Shown: in pieces, positions 54,871 through 63,898 of the stretch
Numbering within the stretch: the first letter of the stretch is position 1
Layout: each line of letters begins with the position of its first letter
Virus record (IMG/VR): IMGVR_UViG_3300046792_000213
Location: 12,394-76,393 of that record
Source: a virus
DNA: 64,000 nucleotides
Direction: 5' to 3' (one strand)
Program-made: the position numbers and the translations under genes
The notes under the pieces: generated by a model
The model's database searches: none
What the model was told of the DNA's origin: nothing
The model's input: only the letters and a program-made list of their open reading frames with translations

Positions 54871-55734
54871 CTAGCGGTACTGGTTCTCGATGTACGGGGG
54901 CAGGGAGATCAGCTCGGTGATCTCGGAGTAGCCGGGCCAGTGGCCGGTCTCCATGCACCTGGCGTAGAGGTGCCGGGCGGTGGCGTTGAGGAGCCGGGCG
55001 ATACGCCGGGCTTCCAGGTCGAGGCGGACCACGGTGACGACGTAGGGCGGTTCTTTCTCCTGCACCACGAACCGCATGACGTGGTCGCCGTAGCCGAGGG
55101 CGGCGAGGCCGGTGCAGTACCAGTCGTCTTGCTGGTGGTAGCCCCACTTTGCGAAGTCCCGCTGGAGTTGTTCGGGTTCGGCGGAGACCGCGCTCTTGTA
55201 GTCGATGGGTTCGCCGTCGTGGCGCCACCAGTCGAGGCGGGCGCGGCAGGTGATGCCGGTGCCGGGGTCCGTCCAGTAGAGGGACTGCTCGGGGAATCCG
55301 CTGTCGGGGTGGAGGAGCGGGCCGGCTTCGGGGTGGTGGCGCAGGGCGTCGGCCATGTCCTGTACGCGCTTGTACTCGTGGGGTTTGAGGGGGATGGCGC
55401 CGCGTTCGCGGGCGAGGGCTATCTCGCCTTTGATGGCGTCGGTGTCCCAGCGGGGACGGTCGATGACGACGATCTCGGGGCCGTCGCCGAGGGCGAACTT
55501 GTGGGCGGCGTGCCCGAAGTCGAAGGTCTTCTTCGGGGCCGGCGGGTTGTCCTGCTCGTGCCGGAACTTGGCCGGGCAGGACGGCGCGAGGAGCTTCCGT
55601 GCCCCGCTGCTGCTGAGGCTCCCGCCGGGCACGATGTCGGCGTGGTACTGCTCCAGGCTGAGTTCCTCGGCGCTGTACACGCCGAGTCCGCGCCACAGCG
55701 GGTGGGTGACGGGCGTGTCGAGGGTGGTGGTCAT
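54871..55734 (-). CDS. RecE/exonuclease VIII-like PD-(D/E)xK nuclease
   Basis: YHAD...LSSSG, FGHAAH, CRARLD, DYKS, YHQQ. Confidence 0.88.
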   Translation of the reverse strand: MTTTLDTPVTHPLWRGLGVYSAEELSLEQYHADIVPGGSLSSSGARKLLAPSCPAKFRHEQDNPPAPKKTFDFGHAAHKFALGDGPEIVVIDRPRWDTDAIKGEIALARERGAIPLKPHEYKRVQDMADALRHHPEAGPLLHPDSGFPEQSLYWTDPGTGITCRARLDWWRHDGEPIDYKSAVSAEPEQLQRDFAKWGYHQQDDWYCTGLAALGYGDHVMRFVVQEKEPPYVVTVVRLDLEARRIARLLNATARHLYARCMETGHWPGYSEITELISLPPYIENQYR

Positions 55735-55822
55735 TGCCTGCCTCCGCATTGGTGTCCGCCACCGGCGGGTGCGCCGCAGCCGCGGGGGCAGGGCTCGGGC
55801 GGCTGCACGCGGGTGGTCGGCA

Positions 55823-56212
55823 TCAGGCACCGTCCCCGTTCGCGAGGCGGAGCAGGACCGCGGCGTGGCAGTGGTCGGGCTGGCCGGGTTCGGGGAGCGG
55901 GCAGGTGCAGGCGAGGTCTTTGCCGCGCAGGGTGTGCAGGTCGGCGAGGACGCGGCGCCGGTCGAAGACCTGGCGTCCGACGCGGTAGGTCTCCTGGTAC
56001 CAGCCGCCCTCGGTGCCGACGCGCAGCCACTCGGAGTAGTTCTCGGTGCAGGCGCTGCGCGGGTTACCCATCTCAGCTTCGATGGCGTCCTTGAGCGTGA
56101 ACGGGTTGCCGAACCGGCTGGGACGGCTGACGATGACCGCACCGAGGGGGTTGGTGGTGGCGCCTGCGAGGGTCCATCCGGCGACGCGTCGGCGCTGGAT
56201 CCGGGTCGGCAT
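55823..56212 (-). CDS. DUF4326-family protein
   Basis: RIQRRR..GW, RPSRFGNPF, LRGKDLACTC...CHAAVL. Confidence 0.85.
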   Translation of the reverse strand: MPTRIQRRRVAGWTLAGATTNPLGAVIVSRPSRFGNPFTLKDAIEAEMGNPRSACTENYSEWLRVGTEGGWYQETYRVGRQVFDRRRVLADLHTLRGKDLACTCPLPEPGQPDHCHAAVLLRLANGDGA

Positions 56213-56685
56213 CAGACACCGTCCCCGGGCTCGGCGGGCTTGGGGGCGGTGTGGACGGTGTAGTGGCCGTCGGGGTGGCGGATGAGCCAGTCGCCCCAGA
56301 ACGCGACGACGCGGCCTTCGCCCTCGCCGACCCGCAGGCCGACCACGTCGAGCTGCCCCTCGGGGCCGACCGACCGCCAGTAGCCCTTGGTGTAGAACCA
56401 CGGCCGCAACCGGTCGATCTGGTTGGCAACCCGGGCGATGTTCTGCGGGGTGACCTGCCAGGTCTGGCAGTCGGCCTGCTCCAGGGCGACGACGGGTGCG
56501 CAGTGTTCGCACTCGGAGCGGACGTCGGGCAGGGGGCGTCCGTCGATGGCGCAGTCCATCTCGGCGTCGGTGACGTCGCCGACGAACTCGCCGCAGCCGT
56601 TGCAGACGCGCTTCGTCGTGATGGTGGTGATCGTCCGGCCGTCTGCCTGGGTCACGACGCGGTCCGGGGTGAAAGTGCGGCTCAC
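56212..56685 (-). CDS. Hypothetical protein
   Basis: KRVCNGCG...ECEHC; GDWLIR. Confidence 0.65.
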   Translation of the reverse strand: MSRTFTPDRVVTQADGRTITTITTKRVCNGCGEFVGDVTDAEMDCAIDGRPLPDVRSECEHCAPVVALEQADCQTWQVTPQNIARVANQIDRLRPWFYTKGYWRSVGPEGQLDVVGLRVGEGEGRVVAFWGDWLIRHPDGHYTVHTAPKPAEPGDGV

Positions 56686-56848
56686 GGGGTCTCTCCTTTC
56701 TGGGGTGTGGTGAGGTGGGCCACGCGGCGGGCGTCGGCCCTGGCGGTGGCCCAGGCGGTGGCGCGCTTGCATGCGTGCAGGTAGGCGACGTACAGGCCGA
56801 TCAGGGCGTAGAGAGCGGCGACCGACAGGACGACGACAAGGAGCGCGG

Positions 56849-57796
56849 TCATGCGGCCTCACCCGCCTCGGCGCTCACGGGCTGCCCGGACCGGCAGGAC
56901 CAGGGGGAGCAGCCGTCGGGGTCGCCGTCTTCGAGGTCGAGGTCTGCGATCTGCCCGAAGATGTCGGTCTGGGCTTTGCGCCACTCGTGGGCGGTGACCC
57001 GGTCGATGGGCGCCTGGGCGAGCGGAAGGCGGGAGCGGTGCAGGTACGCCTCACCGAGCAGCGGCTTGCCGTTGGCGTTGCCCCGGGCGTTCCCGGAGCG
57101 GATCGCCGCGTCGAAGGCGACGGCGTCGGCCCACTCGGCGGGCTGCTCGTCGCGCAGGGTCCGCCACTGAGCGTTGCCGTGAAACGGGCAGCCGATGCAG
57201 GCCGACTTCGGCGTGGTGCCGTACCCGCGCGAGGTCAGGTAGCGGGTGCAGTCGTCGCGGGTCCAGCCTTCGCGGCCGTCGGCGGCGCCGCCCATGTCGA
57301 GGAGCGGGAACGCGGACCGCAGGTACTGAATGCCGGAGTCTTTGGCGCGGCCGAACTCGTCGCGGCTGATGCCGATCCACTGCTCGGCGAACACGCCGCG
57401 CGGAACGGGCTTGGGGTGCGGGAAGCCGAGGAGCTGTCGCACCTGCACCTTGATCGGCTTGAGCTTGTACTCCGAGGTGCACTGGCGACGGGTCATCCCG
57501 TCGCCGCCGTCCTGGTTCTTGATGAACAGCGGCATCGACGCGAAGCGGTGCTCGGGGTTCAGGGCGTCCTCACGGATGTTCCCGGCGGACACTCGGTAGA
57601 TCGGGATTCCGGCGGGTTGCGCGATCTCGCGCTCTATGCGGTCGAGGTGCGCGTAGACCGCGGCGGGCTCCCAGCCGGTGTCCGAGAACACCGCGCCGTC
57701 AAGCTTGGGCAGGCGCCCTTCGGCAGCGAGGAGCAGCAGAGTCGTGGACTGCACACCGGCACCGAGGCTCAGGATGCGCAGGGCAGGGGCGTTCAC
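56849..57796 (-). CDS. PAPS-reductase-like (adenine nucleotide alpha-hydrolase) protein
   Basis: SLGAGVQS PP-loop, DTGWE, RQCTSEYK, KSACIGCPFH. Confidence 0.8.
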   Translation of the reverse strand: MNAPALRILSLGAGVQSTTLLLLAAEGRLPKLDGAVFSDTGWEPAAVYAHLDRIEREIAQPAGIPIYRVSAGNIREDALNPEHRFASMPLFIKNQDGGDGMTRRQCTSEYKLKPIKVQVRQLLGFPHPKPVPRGVFAEQWIGISRDEFGRAKDSGIQYLRSAFPLLDMGGAADGREGWTRDDCTRYLTSRGYGTTPKSACIGCPFHGNAQWRTLRDEQPAEWADAVAFDAAIRSGNARGNANGKPLLGEAYLHRSRLPLAQAPIDRVTAHEWRKAQTDIFGQIADLDLEDGDPDGCSPWSCRSGQPVSAEAGEAA

Positions 57797-58155
57797 GCGG
57801 CGGCCCGCCTCTGCTTGAGCGGCCAGGTGCGGTGGCCGACGAGCGTGGTGAGGCTGTTCGCGAGTACGGCCAGCGGGTTGCGGTGGAGGCGGATCGTGGT
57901 GGACGCGGCCGGGAGTGCGGCAACGATGGCCTCGGCGAGAACGTCGTCCCGGGACGGCCGGTCGATCAGGTGTGGGTCGTTGGTGATGACCGGGCCGTCG
58001 ATCAGGTCCAGCAGGTCATCCCGCAGGGTCCCGTTCTCCGCGAGGAGAGCGAACACGTCCTTGAGGAAGTCCTCGTAGTGCGACGGGGCGATCTCCAGGT
58101 CGGCACCGTCCGGGCGGGCGGTCGCGGACACCGGGTACACGCGGGGCTCGGTCAT
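57793..58155 (-). CDS. Hypothetical protein
   Basis: ATGA coupling. Confidence 0.6.
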   Translation of the reverse strand: MTEPRVYPVSATARPDGADLEIAPSHYEDFLKDVFALLAENGTLRDDLLDLIDGPVITNDPHLIDRPSRDDVLAEAIVAALPAASTTIRLHRNPLAVLANSLTTLVGHRTWPLKQRRAAA

Positions 58156-58565
58156 CGCGCACCCGCCGTCGCCGTGCTGCAGCTGCAGCTGCAGTTCGGG
58201 CTGACGCCCATGACGTAGGCACAGTTGGCGTCGTGGCCACCGTTCGGCGGGAACTCCACGTCGGCGGGGGCCTTGCCGTGGCGCTGCGCGAAGGTGTGCG
58301 GGCACTTCCACGCGTCCACGCCGTAGCGGACCTTGTACTGCTCGAACGTGATCAGTTCCCACGTGAAGCCGTGCTTGATGTCGCGGTCGCGCTCACGCTT
58401 CGTCGGGGCGGTGTGCTCGTGGATCTGCTGCTCGGTGGCGTAGGCGACATCGTCGTAGGCGGCGGTGGCCACGGTGCAGATGCAGCCGCAGGCCATCGTC
58501 TGCACCCATGAGCAGTCCTTCAGCGGGACGGGCGTGCCGTCGATGACGGCCATCAGGTCAGGCAT
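58152..58565 (-). CDS. Hypothetical protein
   Basis: GGAGGG RBS; Cys-rich. Confidence 0.6.
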   Translation of the reverse strand: MPDLMAVIDGTPVPLKDCSWVQTMACGCICTVATAAYDDVAYATEQQIHEHTAPTKRERDRDIKHGFTWELITFEQYKVRYGVDAWKCPHTFAQRHGKAPADVEFPPNGGHDANCAYVMGVSPNCSCSCSTATAGAR

Positions 58566-58676
58566 GGTTGCCCTCCTCGGGCGTGGTGGTGGGGTGCTGG
58601 AACCGGTACAGGGCCTCGTTGATGACGCCCTGGTTGGACAGCCACGCGAGCAGCACCAGGGCGGCGGACAGGGCGC

Positions 58677-58985
58677 TCACGGGGTTGCCGCCCGGTGCGT
58701 GCCGTGCGCGCGGAGGGTGTGGACCAGCAGGAACAGTGCGGCGGTGCGTGCTACCCGGCGACCCACCCGGGGAGCCCAGGTGCGGGCGGTCTGCCACCTG
58801 GCCGTGCACCAGGCCCACCGGGGGGCCAGCCACGCCGCGCCGTCGCGCCAACTACGGGCGATGTTGGCGCTGTTGTTGACCGTCCAGCACAGGCCAAGCC
58901 ACACCCCGCCCACGGCCATGCAGCATGCGATGGCCAGGCAGTCCGGGTTCGCGACCAGCGCCGGGACCCAGTCGGCGGCAGTCAT
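58677..58985 (-). CDS. Membrane hypothetical protein
   Basis: ATGA coupling; hydrophobic segments. Confidence 0.5.
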   Translation of the reverse strand: MTAADWVPALVANPDCLAIACCMAVGGVWLGLCWTVNNSANIARSWRDGAAWLAPRWAWCTARWQTARTWAPRVGRRVARTAALFLLVHTLRAHGTHRAATP

Positions 58986-59416
58986 GACGCACCCGCCTTG
59001 ATGGGCCATGCCACGGGCAGCCCGAGCGTCTCGCCGAGCTGGCGGCGCGACTCCGCGTGGCCCTGCCAGCGGTGGTAGTCGGCCGAGTTGCCCGGGGGGC
59101 AGTTGCGGATCGCCGTGATGAACTCGGCGCGCGCAGCCACGAACTCGGCGATGGAGGACTCCAGCGCCCGCAGCCGTTCGACCTCGGCCAGCAGCACGGC
59201 GAGATCTTCGGCGGCGTGCCCAACCAGCGCGCGGTCCGCGTCGGCCGTCTCCCCATCGCCGAAGTTGATGCTGCCGACGGGCAGCAACATCTCGCCCCGC
59301 ACGTTGGCGTAGAAGTCCGGCCCATAGTCCGGATAGGGCTCCCACGGGCCCGGAGTCGCTTCGAGCACTCGCTCCTGGATCTCGGCGAGCTGCTGCTCGC
59401 TCAGCGGGGCGCTCAT
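58982..59416 (-). CDS. Ead/Ea22-like protein
   Basis: ATPGPW...DLAVLLAEVERLR. Confidence 0.7.
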   Translation of the reverse strand: MSAPLSEQQLAEIQERVLEATPGPWEPYPDYGPDFYANVRGEMLLPVGSINFGDGETADADRALVGHAAEDLAVLLAEVERLRALESSIAEFVAARAEFITAIRNCPPGNSADYHRWQGHAESRRQLGETLGLPVAWPIKAGAS

Positions 59417-59850
59417 GCCGCCCTCACCTCCCGGCCGAGCACAACCTGCGCCGCCGTGGGAGCCAGCACCCGAACCTCCAGGGACTGCGCCGCATCCAGC
59501 AGCAACCGGATCACCTCGGCACCCGTCCGGCCCGGCAGGTCACCCCACTCCGCAATGTGGATCTCGCAGTCCGTGTCGCGGTCCGCGTCCCACGGACCCT
59601 CGCCATCCACCAGCGCCCGGCCCGCCAGGAAGCGGATCGCCGCCGACGCCAGCTGCGACTCGACCATCCGCCCCTGCGGGTCCGCCGCGCAGTACAGCGC
59701 CGCAGCCACCGACATCGGGCGGGTCAACTTCGGGGTGGTCAACACCCGGTTGAACGGATCCGGGACGTAGTCGCCCTGGTGGTGACCGTTCATCTGGATG
59801 ATGTACGCCGCACGACAGAACACGCCGGGCAGCTCGCTGTAGGTGCTCAT
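59413..59850 (-). CDS. DUF6197-like protein
   Basis: GHHQGDY...IAEWGDLPGRTGAEVIRLL. Confidence 0.7.
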   Translation of the reverse strand: MSTYSELPGVFCRAAYIIQMNGHHQGDYVPDPFNRVLTTPKLTRPMSVAAALYCAADPQGRMVESQLASAAIRFLAGRALVDGEGPWDADRDTDCEIHIAEWGDLPGRTGAEVIRLLLDAAQSLEVRVLAPTAAQVVLGREVRAA

Positions 59851-60725
59851 GCGGCACCGTCCAAACGGTCCTGCACCGGTGCGGCGGGGAACTGGGCCGC
59901 GTAGTACTCGCCCCAGACCTTGTCGAACAAGGGCCGGTCGGCCTCCGTGTACGACTTGACGTTCCGCTCCCGGCCGTCAACCAGGCCGATCGAGTCCTTC
60001 GGCTTCTCGTCGTGCTCGATCTCGTAGGCCAGCGATACCTTCCTGCCGAACGTGGACCGCACCGAACGGCGCTGGTCCTTCGACAGGCCCTGGTCCGTCA
60101 GGTACGTCTCCACCGTCAGCGCCCGGTCCTCCAGCGGAATCTCCGGGGCCTCGCCGGCCGCCACCGCGTAGTGGTGCAGCTGCTTCGAGCGCTTCCACTT
60201 CGCGTCGACCGAGTCGTCCATGGCGGCGACGATCTGCACCAGGCCCAGGGCGCGGTTGATGCGGCGGCTCTCGATCGCCACCTCGCGCTGCTCTGGGGTG
60301 GCCTGCTCCTCCACGTCCAGCAGGTAGGTGCGAACCGCCTTCGCGACCCCGGACTCCGTCAGCAGCTGGCCGACGTTCAGGATCGTTCGGCGGGTGAAGA
60401 GGCGGAGCGACTTGCTCCTACTCGACAGACCTTCACCGTGAGGGTCCGTGGACTGCTTGAACTCCCGAAGTTCCTGGCCTTCGAGCTTGCGCAGGCCGTT
60501 CTCTTCCAGCTCGCCGCGGTTTCTGCTGACGAGGCTGTCAATGGTCTTCGGGTCCACCTCGTAGTACGAGGCGACGATCTCCGTCGTGGCGTGAATGCTG
60601 TCGGGCAGCAGCGACAGGGCCTTGACCTTGTCGAGGACGTCCGTGCGGCCTATGGTCTGCGCCCGCATCGTGCGGGACTCGGTGAGGATCAGCTCGTTCG
60701 GCTGATCGGGGATGATGGAAGACAA
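59847..60725 (-). CDS. Antirepressor-like DNA-binding protein (ORF6N/KilA-N-like)
   Basis: DVLDKVKAL...ATTEIVASYYEV...LLTESGVAKAVRTYLL. Confidence 0.7.
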   Translation of the reverse strand: MSSIIPDQPNELILTESRTMRAQTIGRTDVLDKVKALSLLPDSIHATTEIVASYYEVDPKTIDSLVSRNRGELEENGLRKLEGQELREFKQSTDPHGEGLSSRSKSLRLFTRRTILNVGQLLTESGVAKAVRTYLLDVEEQATPEQREVAIESRRINRALGLVQIVAAMDDSVDAKWKRSKQLHHYAVAAGEAPEIPLEDRALTVETYLTDQGLSKDQRRSVRSTFGRKVSLAYEIEHDEKPKDSIGLVDGRERNVKSYTEADRPLFDKVWGEYYAAQFPAAPVQDRLDGAA

Positions 60726-60827
60726 GGCGTCCGCCTCATTCCTTCGTGTTTTGGGTGGTGAGGCGCGGTGCCCAGGGGGCGGCCAGTCGGCTAGGGCTGG
60801 TCAGCCCCGCACCACGCAGGGGTGGGG

Positions 60828-61112
60828 TCAGGCGGCGCGGCGGGGTTCGGCCGGCCGGGACTCGCTGTTCACGGCAGCTCCGAAGGGCGCGAGGCGGTCC
60901 AGGTAGTCCTCGACCGTTGCGATGCGGGCTGCGTTGCACTTCCCGATCCGGACGGTCTGGGGCCCCTTTCCGGCCATCCGCCATTTGCGGTACGTGCTGT
61001 AGGTGATGCCGAGCCGGGTGGCGATGCCAGGCACGACGTTGCCTTCGGCATCGACGCTGTCCTGGGCGAAGCAGAAGCCCGGCGGGGGCTTCTGGTGCTG
61101 ACGGGTGGGCAT
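60828..61112 (-). CDS. Excisionase/AlpA-like HTH protein
   Basis: IATRLGITYSTYRKWRMAGKGP; AAGGAG RBS. Confidence 0.7.
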   Translation of the reverse strand: MPTRQHQKPPPGFCFAQDSVDAEGNVVPGIATRLGITYSTYRKWRMAGKGPQTVRIGKCNAARIATVEDYLDRLAPFGAAVNSESRPAEPRRAA

Positions 61113-61132
61113 GGGGGCTCCTTGGTGAGGAT

Positions 61133-61438
61133 CTACTCCGTAGCCGGTTCGATCGGATTCGGAGACGCTGGGGGCGCGAAAAGGACCAGGATGGCGACGC
61201 CGACGGCCTCCGTGATTGCGTGGGCGACCTGCATGTCGACGTCCTCCTGCTTGCCGGTGACGAGCCGGTGTATCAGCGAGTGGCTGCATCCGGCAGCGTC
61301 GGCGAGGGTGCGATTGCTGTAGGGAGCTCCGCGACCCGGGTGCTGCATGAACTGACTGAGGAGATCTGCGGCGCGGAGCGTGTAGCGGACTTTCAAAGTG
61401 GATCTCCATCGGAACGTATTGGCTCTCGATGCGAACAT
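61133..61438 (-). CDS. Cro-like HTH repressor
   Basis: SNRTLADAAGCSHSLIHRLVTG; divergent from repressor; start uncertain. Confidence 0.75.
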   Translation of the reverse strand: MFASRANTFRWRSTLKVRYTLRAADLLSQFMQHPGRGAPYSNRTLADAAGCSHSLIHRLVTGKQEDVDMQVAHAITEAVGVAILVLFAPPASPNPIEPATE

Positions 61439-61448
61439 CTAAGCACGA

Positions 61449-61543
61449 CCGTAGCCGATTCGTCTACAGATCCGACCGGCCGGATCCCCTATAGCCCTGC
61501 AACCCCTGCATCAGTAGTATCGAGCCGTAGACGATTCGTCTCA
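61449..61543. promoter_or_regulatory. Two operator sites in the cI/cro intergenic region
   Basis: GTAGCCGATTCGTCTAC (61451-61467) and GTAGACGATTCGTCTCA (61527-61543); palindromic consensus GTAGACGA-T-TCGTCTAC. Confidence 0.75.
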
Positions 61544-61615
61544 CAAGCGGAATGGTTGTACGGGCTGACCTGCGACTTACCAGATCGGACCGGCCTGATC
61601 GAGAGACGACACACG

Positions 61616-62071
61616 ATGAAAGAGGAAGGAAGAACCGGCGAGATGCAGGCGCTAGGCAGTGCCCCCGACGAGACTCCGGAGCCCACGCTGGGCACCGAGC
61701 CGACTGCCGACGCCCTCAGCAAGCTCGTGCGCGACGTCCAGGCAACCGGCGTGTCCTTCCAGGGCATGGCCGACCGGGCCGCCAAACGCGGGTACAGCAT
61801 CAGCAAGCCCTACTTCCAGAAGATCGCCGCAGGCAACGCCACGACCGCCCCCAGCCCCGAACGCCTCAACGCAATCGCCGCCGGGCTTGGTACCCCCACG
61901 CGTATCGTGCAGCGCGCCGCCGCGATCCAGTACCTCAACTACCAAGCCACCGAGCTGTCCGGCTACGACGACGACACCCGCATCATCGTCGCCCACCTCG
62001 CAGGCAAGAGCCCCGCCGACCGGCGCCGCTGGCGGGCCATGATCGAAGCCGAAGACAGCATCGACGACTAG
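61616..62071 (+). CDS. Immunity repressor (XRE HTH, no S24 peptidase domain)
   Basis: SFQGMADRA...ISKPYFQKI...LNAIAAGLG; between cro and integrase. Confidence 0.75.
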   Translation: MKEEGRTGEMQALGSAPDETPEPTLGTEPTADALSKLVRDVQATGVSFQGMADRAAKRGYSISKPYFQKIAAGNATTAPSPERLNAIAAGLGTPTRIVQRAAAIQYLNYQATELSGYDDDTRIIVAHLAGKSPADRRRWRAMIEAEDSIDD

Positions 62072-62227
62072 CAGATCCTCCGTCATTTCGCAGTCCCTTG
62101 CGGACATCTGACAGGAAAGACGGACATCGTGCCGACACTTGTCGTTCTACGCACAAAGTCATACCCTTTCCAATCTTGCGCATCTGGAGGCACAGACTCC
62201 CAGATGATGGGATGAAGGGGGAGCGTC

Positions 62228-62509
62228 TTGCTGCGTGCCAAATACGTCCTCAACAACGGCCTCGACCATGAGACTCCAGTCGTGGTGAGAGAATCACGAG
62301 GAATGGTTCGGGTCGAGCTGTCGCCCACCGAGTTCTCCCCGGCCGCCTGCGCCGCCCTGAACGCCGCCACCGAGCAACTCCTCGCCGGCGGCCAGTGGTT
62401 CCAGATCTGGCACGGGGAGATCGTGTCGATGGAGTCGCCCGAGGACGCGCGTCAGGGAGGCACTGTTGCCCGGATACATCGAGGACCGGTGGTACACGAA
62501 GCGTCCTGA
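62228..62509 (+). CDS. Small hypothetical protein upstream of integrase
   Basis: GGGGAG RBS; LAGGQWFQIW. Confidence 0.6.
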   Translation: MLRAKYVLNNGLDHETPVVVRESRGMVRVELSPTEFSPAACAALNAATEQLLAGGQWFQIWHGEIVSMESPEDARQGGTVARIHRGPVVHEAS

Positions 62510-63803
62510 TCCGGAGACGGGGAAGCGACGCAAGACCGCCCGCTACGGGCAGGGGAAGCGCTGGCGGGTCGCTGGAATCCCGGGCGTCCGGGGCCGGTCG
62601 TTCACCAACCTGGAGGGCCCCGGCGGGGCGAAGGCGTGGCTCAAGGCCAGCGCCACCGACACCACCCGCGGCGCCTACTACGACCCGCGCGACGGCCAGA
62701 TGACACTGCGCGAATACGTCGAACAGCACTGGTGGCCACACCTGCGGAAGCCGCCGACGACCAGGCAGTCCATGAAGTCCCGGGTGTTCAAGCACATCCT
62801 CCCCCACGTCGGGCACCTGCCGCTCAACCGCATCGGCCACGACGAGATCCGCGCCTGGCAGACAGCCGCCGAGAAGAACATCGACGTCGGCACCCTGTCC
62901 GTGACCTGGGCGCACTTCTCCTCCATCATGCAGGCCGCACACAAGGCCAAACGCATCCCGGTCAACCCGTTCCGAGACGACGACCTGAAGGCGCCGCGGA
63001 CCTCGGCGTCGAAGGCGAAAGCGTGGCCGTTGCCGACGTTCACTGCTGTGCGCGGCGAGCTTTCGCCCCGATACCAGGTGCTTGCCGACCTGGGGGCCGG
63101 CGCCGGGTTGCGGCAGGGTGAGTGCTTCGGGTTCTCACCCGACGACATCGATGGGGACGCAATCCATGTGACGCGGCAGATCGTTGTGGTCAGGGGGCGG
63201 ATGGGGTTCGCACCACCAAAGGGCGGCAAGGAGCGCGACGCGCCGTGCTTCCCGGAGTTGGCCCAGGCGGTGAAACTGCACGCGGAGCAGTGGCCGAGCG
63301 TTGAGGTGACGCTTCCATGGGTGGATCCTCGGCGTCCGAGCCTGGCGTGGGAGGATCGGCCGACGCGGACGGTGCGGCTGCTGGTGACCACGCAGCACAC
63401 GTCGGGGATCAACGGTGGGGCGATCAACCGCACGACGTTCGACGACAGACAGTGGAAGCCGTCCCTCGTGCGGGCCGGCGTCCTGCCGGAGCCCGAGCGC
63501 ATCAAGGTGCAGGGCAAGGGCGCCAAGCCGTGGACGCAGGTGAAGTGGAACATGCCCAGGGAGGACGGCTTCCACGTACTGCGGCACACGTTCGCGAGCG
63601 TGGTGCTGGCCGAGGGTGAGACGATTACCCAGCTCGCCGCATGGCTGGGGCATTCCGACCCGGCGTTCACGCTCCGGACCTACGTGCACTTCATGCCGTC
63701 GTCGGGGCGTCGTGGCATCGAGGCGCTGGGGCGGATGTTGAGCGCCGGGGGTCTCCCGGGCTCGCCTGCTCCGCATTCTCCCCAGATTCTCCCCGAAGCC
63801 TGA
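62466..63803 (+). CDS. int: Tyrosine integrase
   Basis: GLRQGE, FHVLRHTFAS, LGH, TLRTYVH catalytic motifs. Confidence 0.96.
   Translation: MPGYIEDRWYTKRPDPETGKRRKTARYGQGKRWRVAGIPGVRGRSFTNLEGPGGAKAWLKASATDTTRGAYYDPRDGQMTLREYVEQHWWPHLRKPPTTRQSMKSRVFKHILPHVGHLPLNRIGHDEIRAWQTAAEKNIDVGTLSVTWAHFSSIMQAAHKAKRIPVNPFRDDDLKAPRTSASKAKAWPLPTFTAVRGELSPRYQVLADLGAGAGLRQGECFGFSPDDIDGDAIHVTRQIVVVRGRMGFAPPKGGKERDAPCFPELAQAVKLHAEQWPSVEVTLPWVDPRRPSLAWEDRPTRTVRLLVTTQHTSGINGGAINRTTFDDRQWKPSLVRAGVLPEPERIKVQGKGAKPWTQVKWNMPREDGFHVLRHTFASVVLAEGETITQLAAWLGHSDPAFTLRTYVHFMPSSGRRGIEALGRMLSAGGLPGSPAPHSPQILPEA
63775..63794 (+). repeat. Tandem ATTCTCCCC repeat, candidate integrase arm-type sites
   Basis: Copies at 63775-63783 and 63786-63794 at the int 3' end. 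Confidence 0.5.
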
Positions 63804-63852
63804 GTTGATCTTCCCGGCCGAGTTGTTCAGGTGGTCGCAGCGCGCGTGGGAT

Positions 63853-63887
63853 GGGCGGACGGGGGCTTCCCACTCCCCCATCCGCCC
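63853..63887. terminator. Hairpin between int and the convergent host gene
   Basis: GGGCGGA.GGGGG...CCCCCATCCGCCC. Confidence 0.55.
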
Positions 63888-63898
63888 TGGCCACGGCG

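Larger units (their letters stand above)
1..63803. mobile_element. Temperate siphovirus prophage (Streptomyces-type); left end lies outside the window
   Basis: Integrase, immunity, replication, terminase, head, tail and lysis genes in canonical order; host-like gene fragment after the integrase. Confidence 0.95.

Noticed and set aside
62085-62165. Further PafBC-like promoters among the GACA/TGTC motifs after the repressor
   Set aside because: No -10-like hexamer at the required 10-nt spacing
62228-62509. ImmA/IrrE metalloprotease antirepressor
   Set aside because: No HExxH motif; too short
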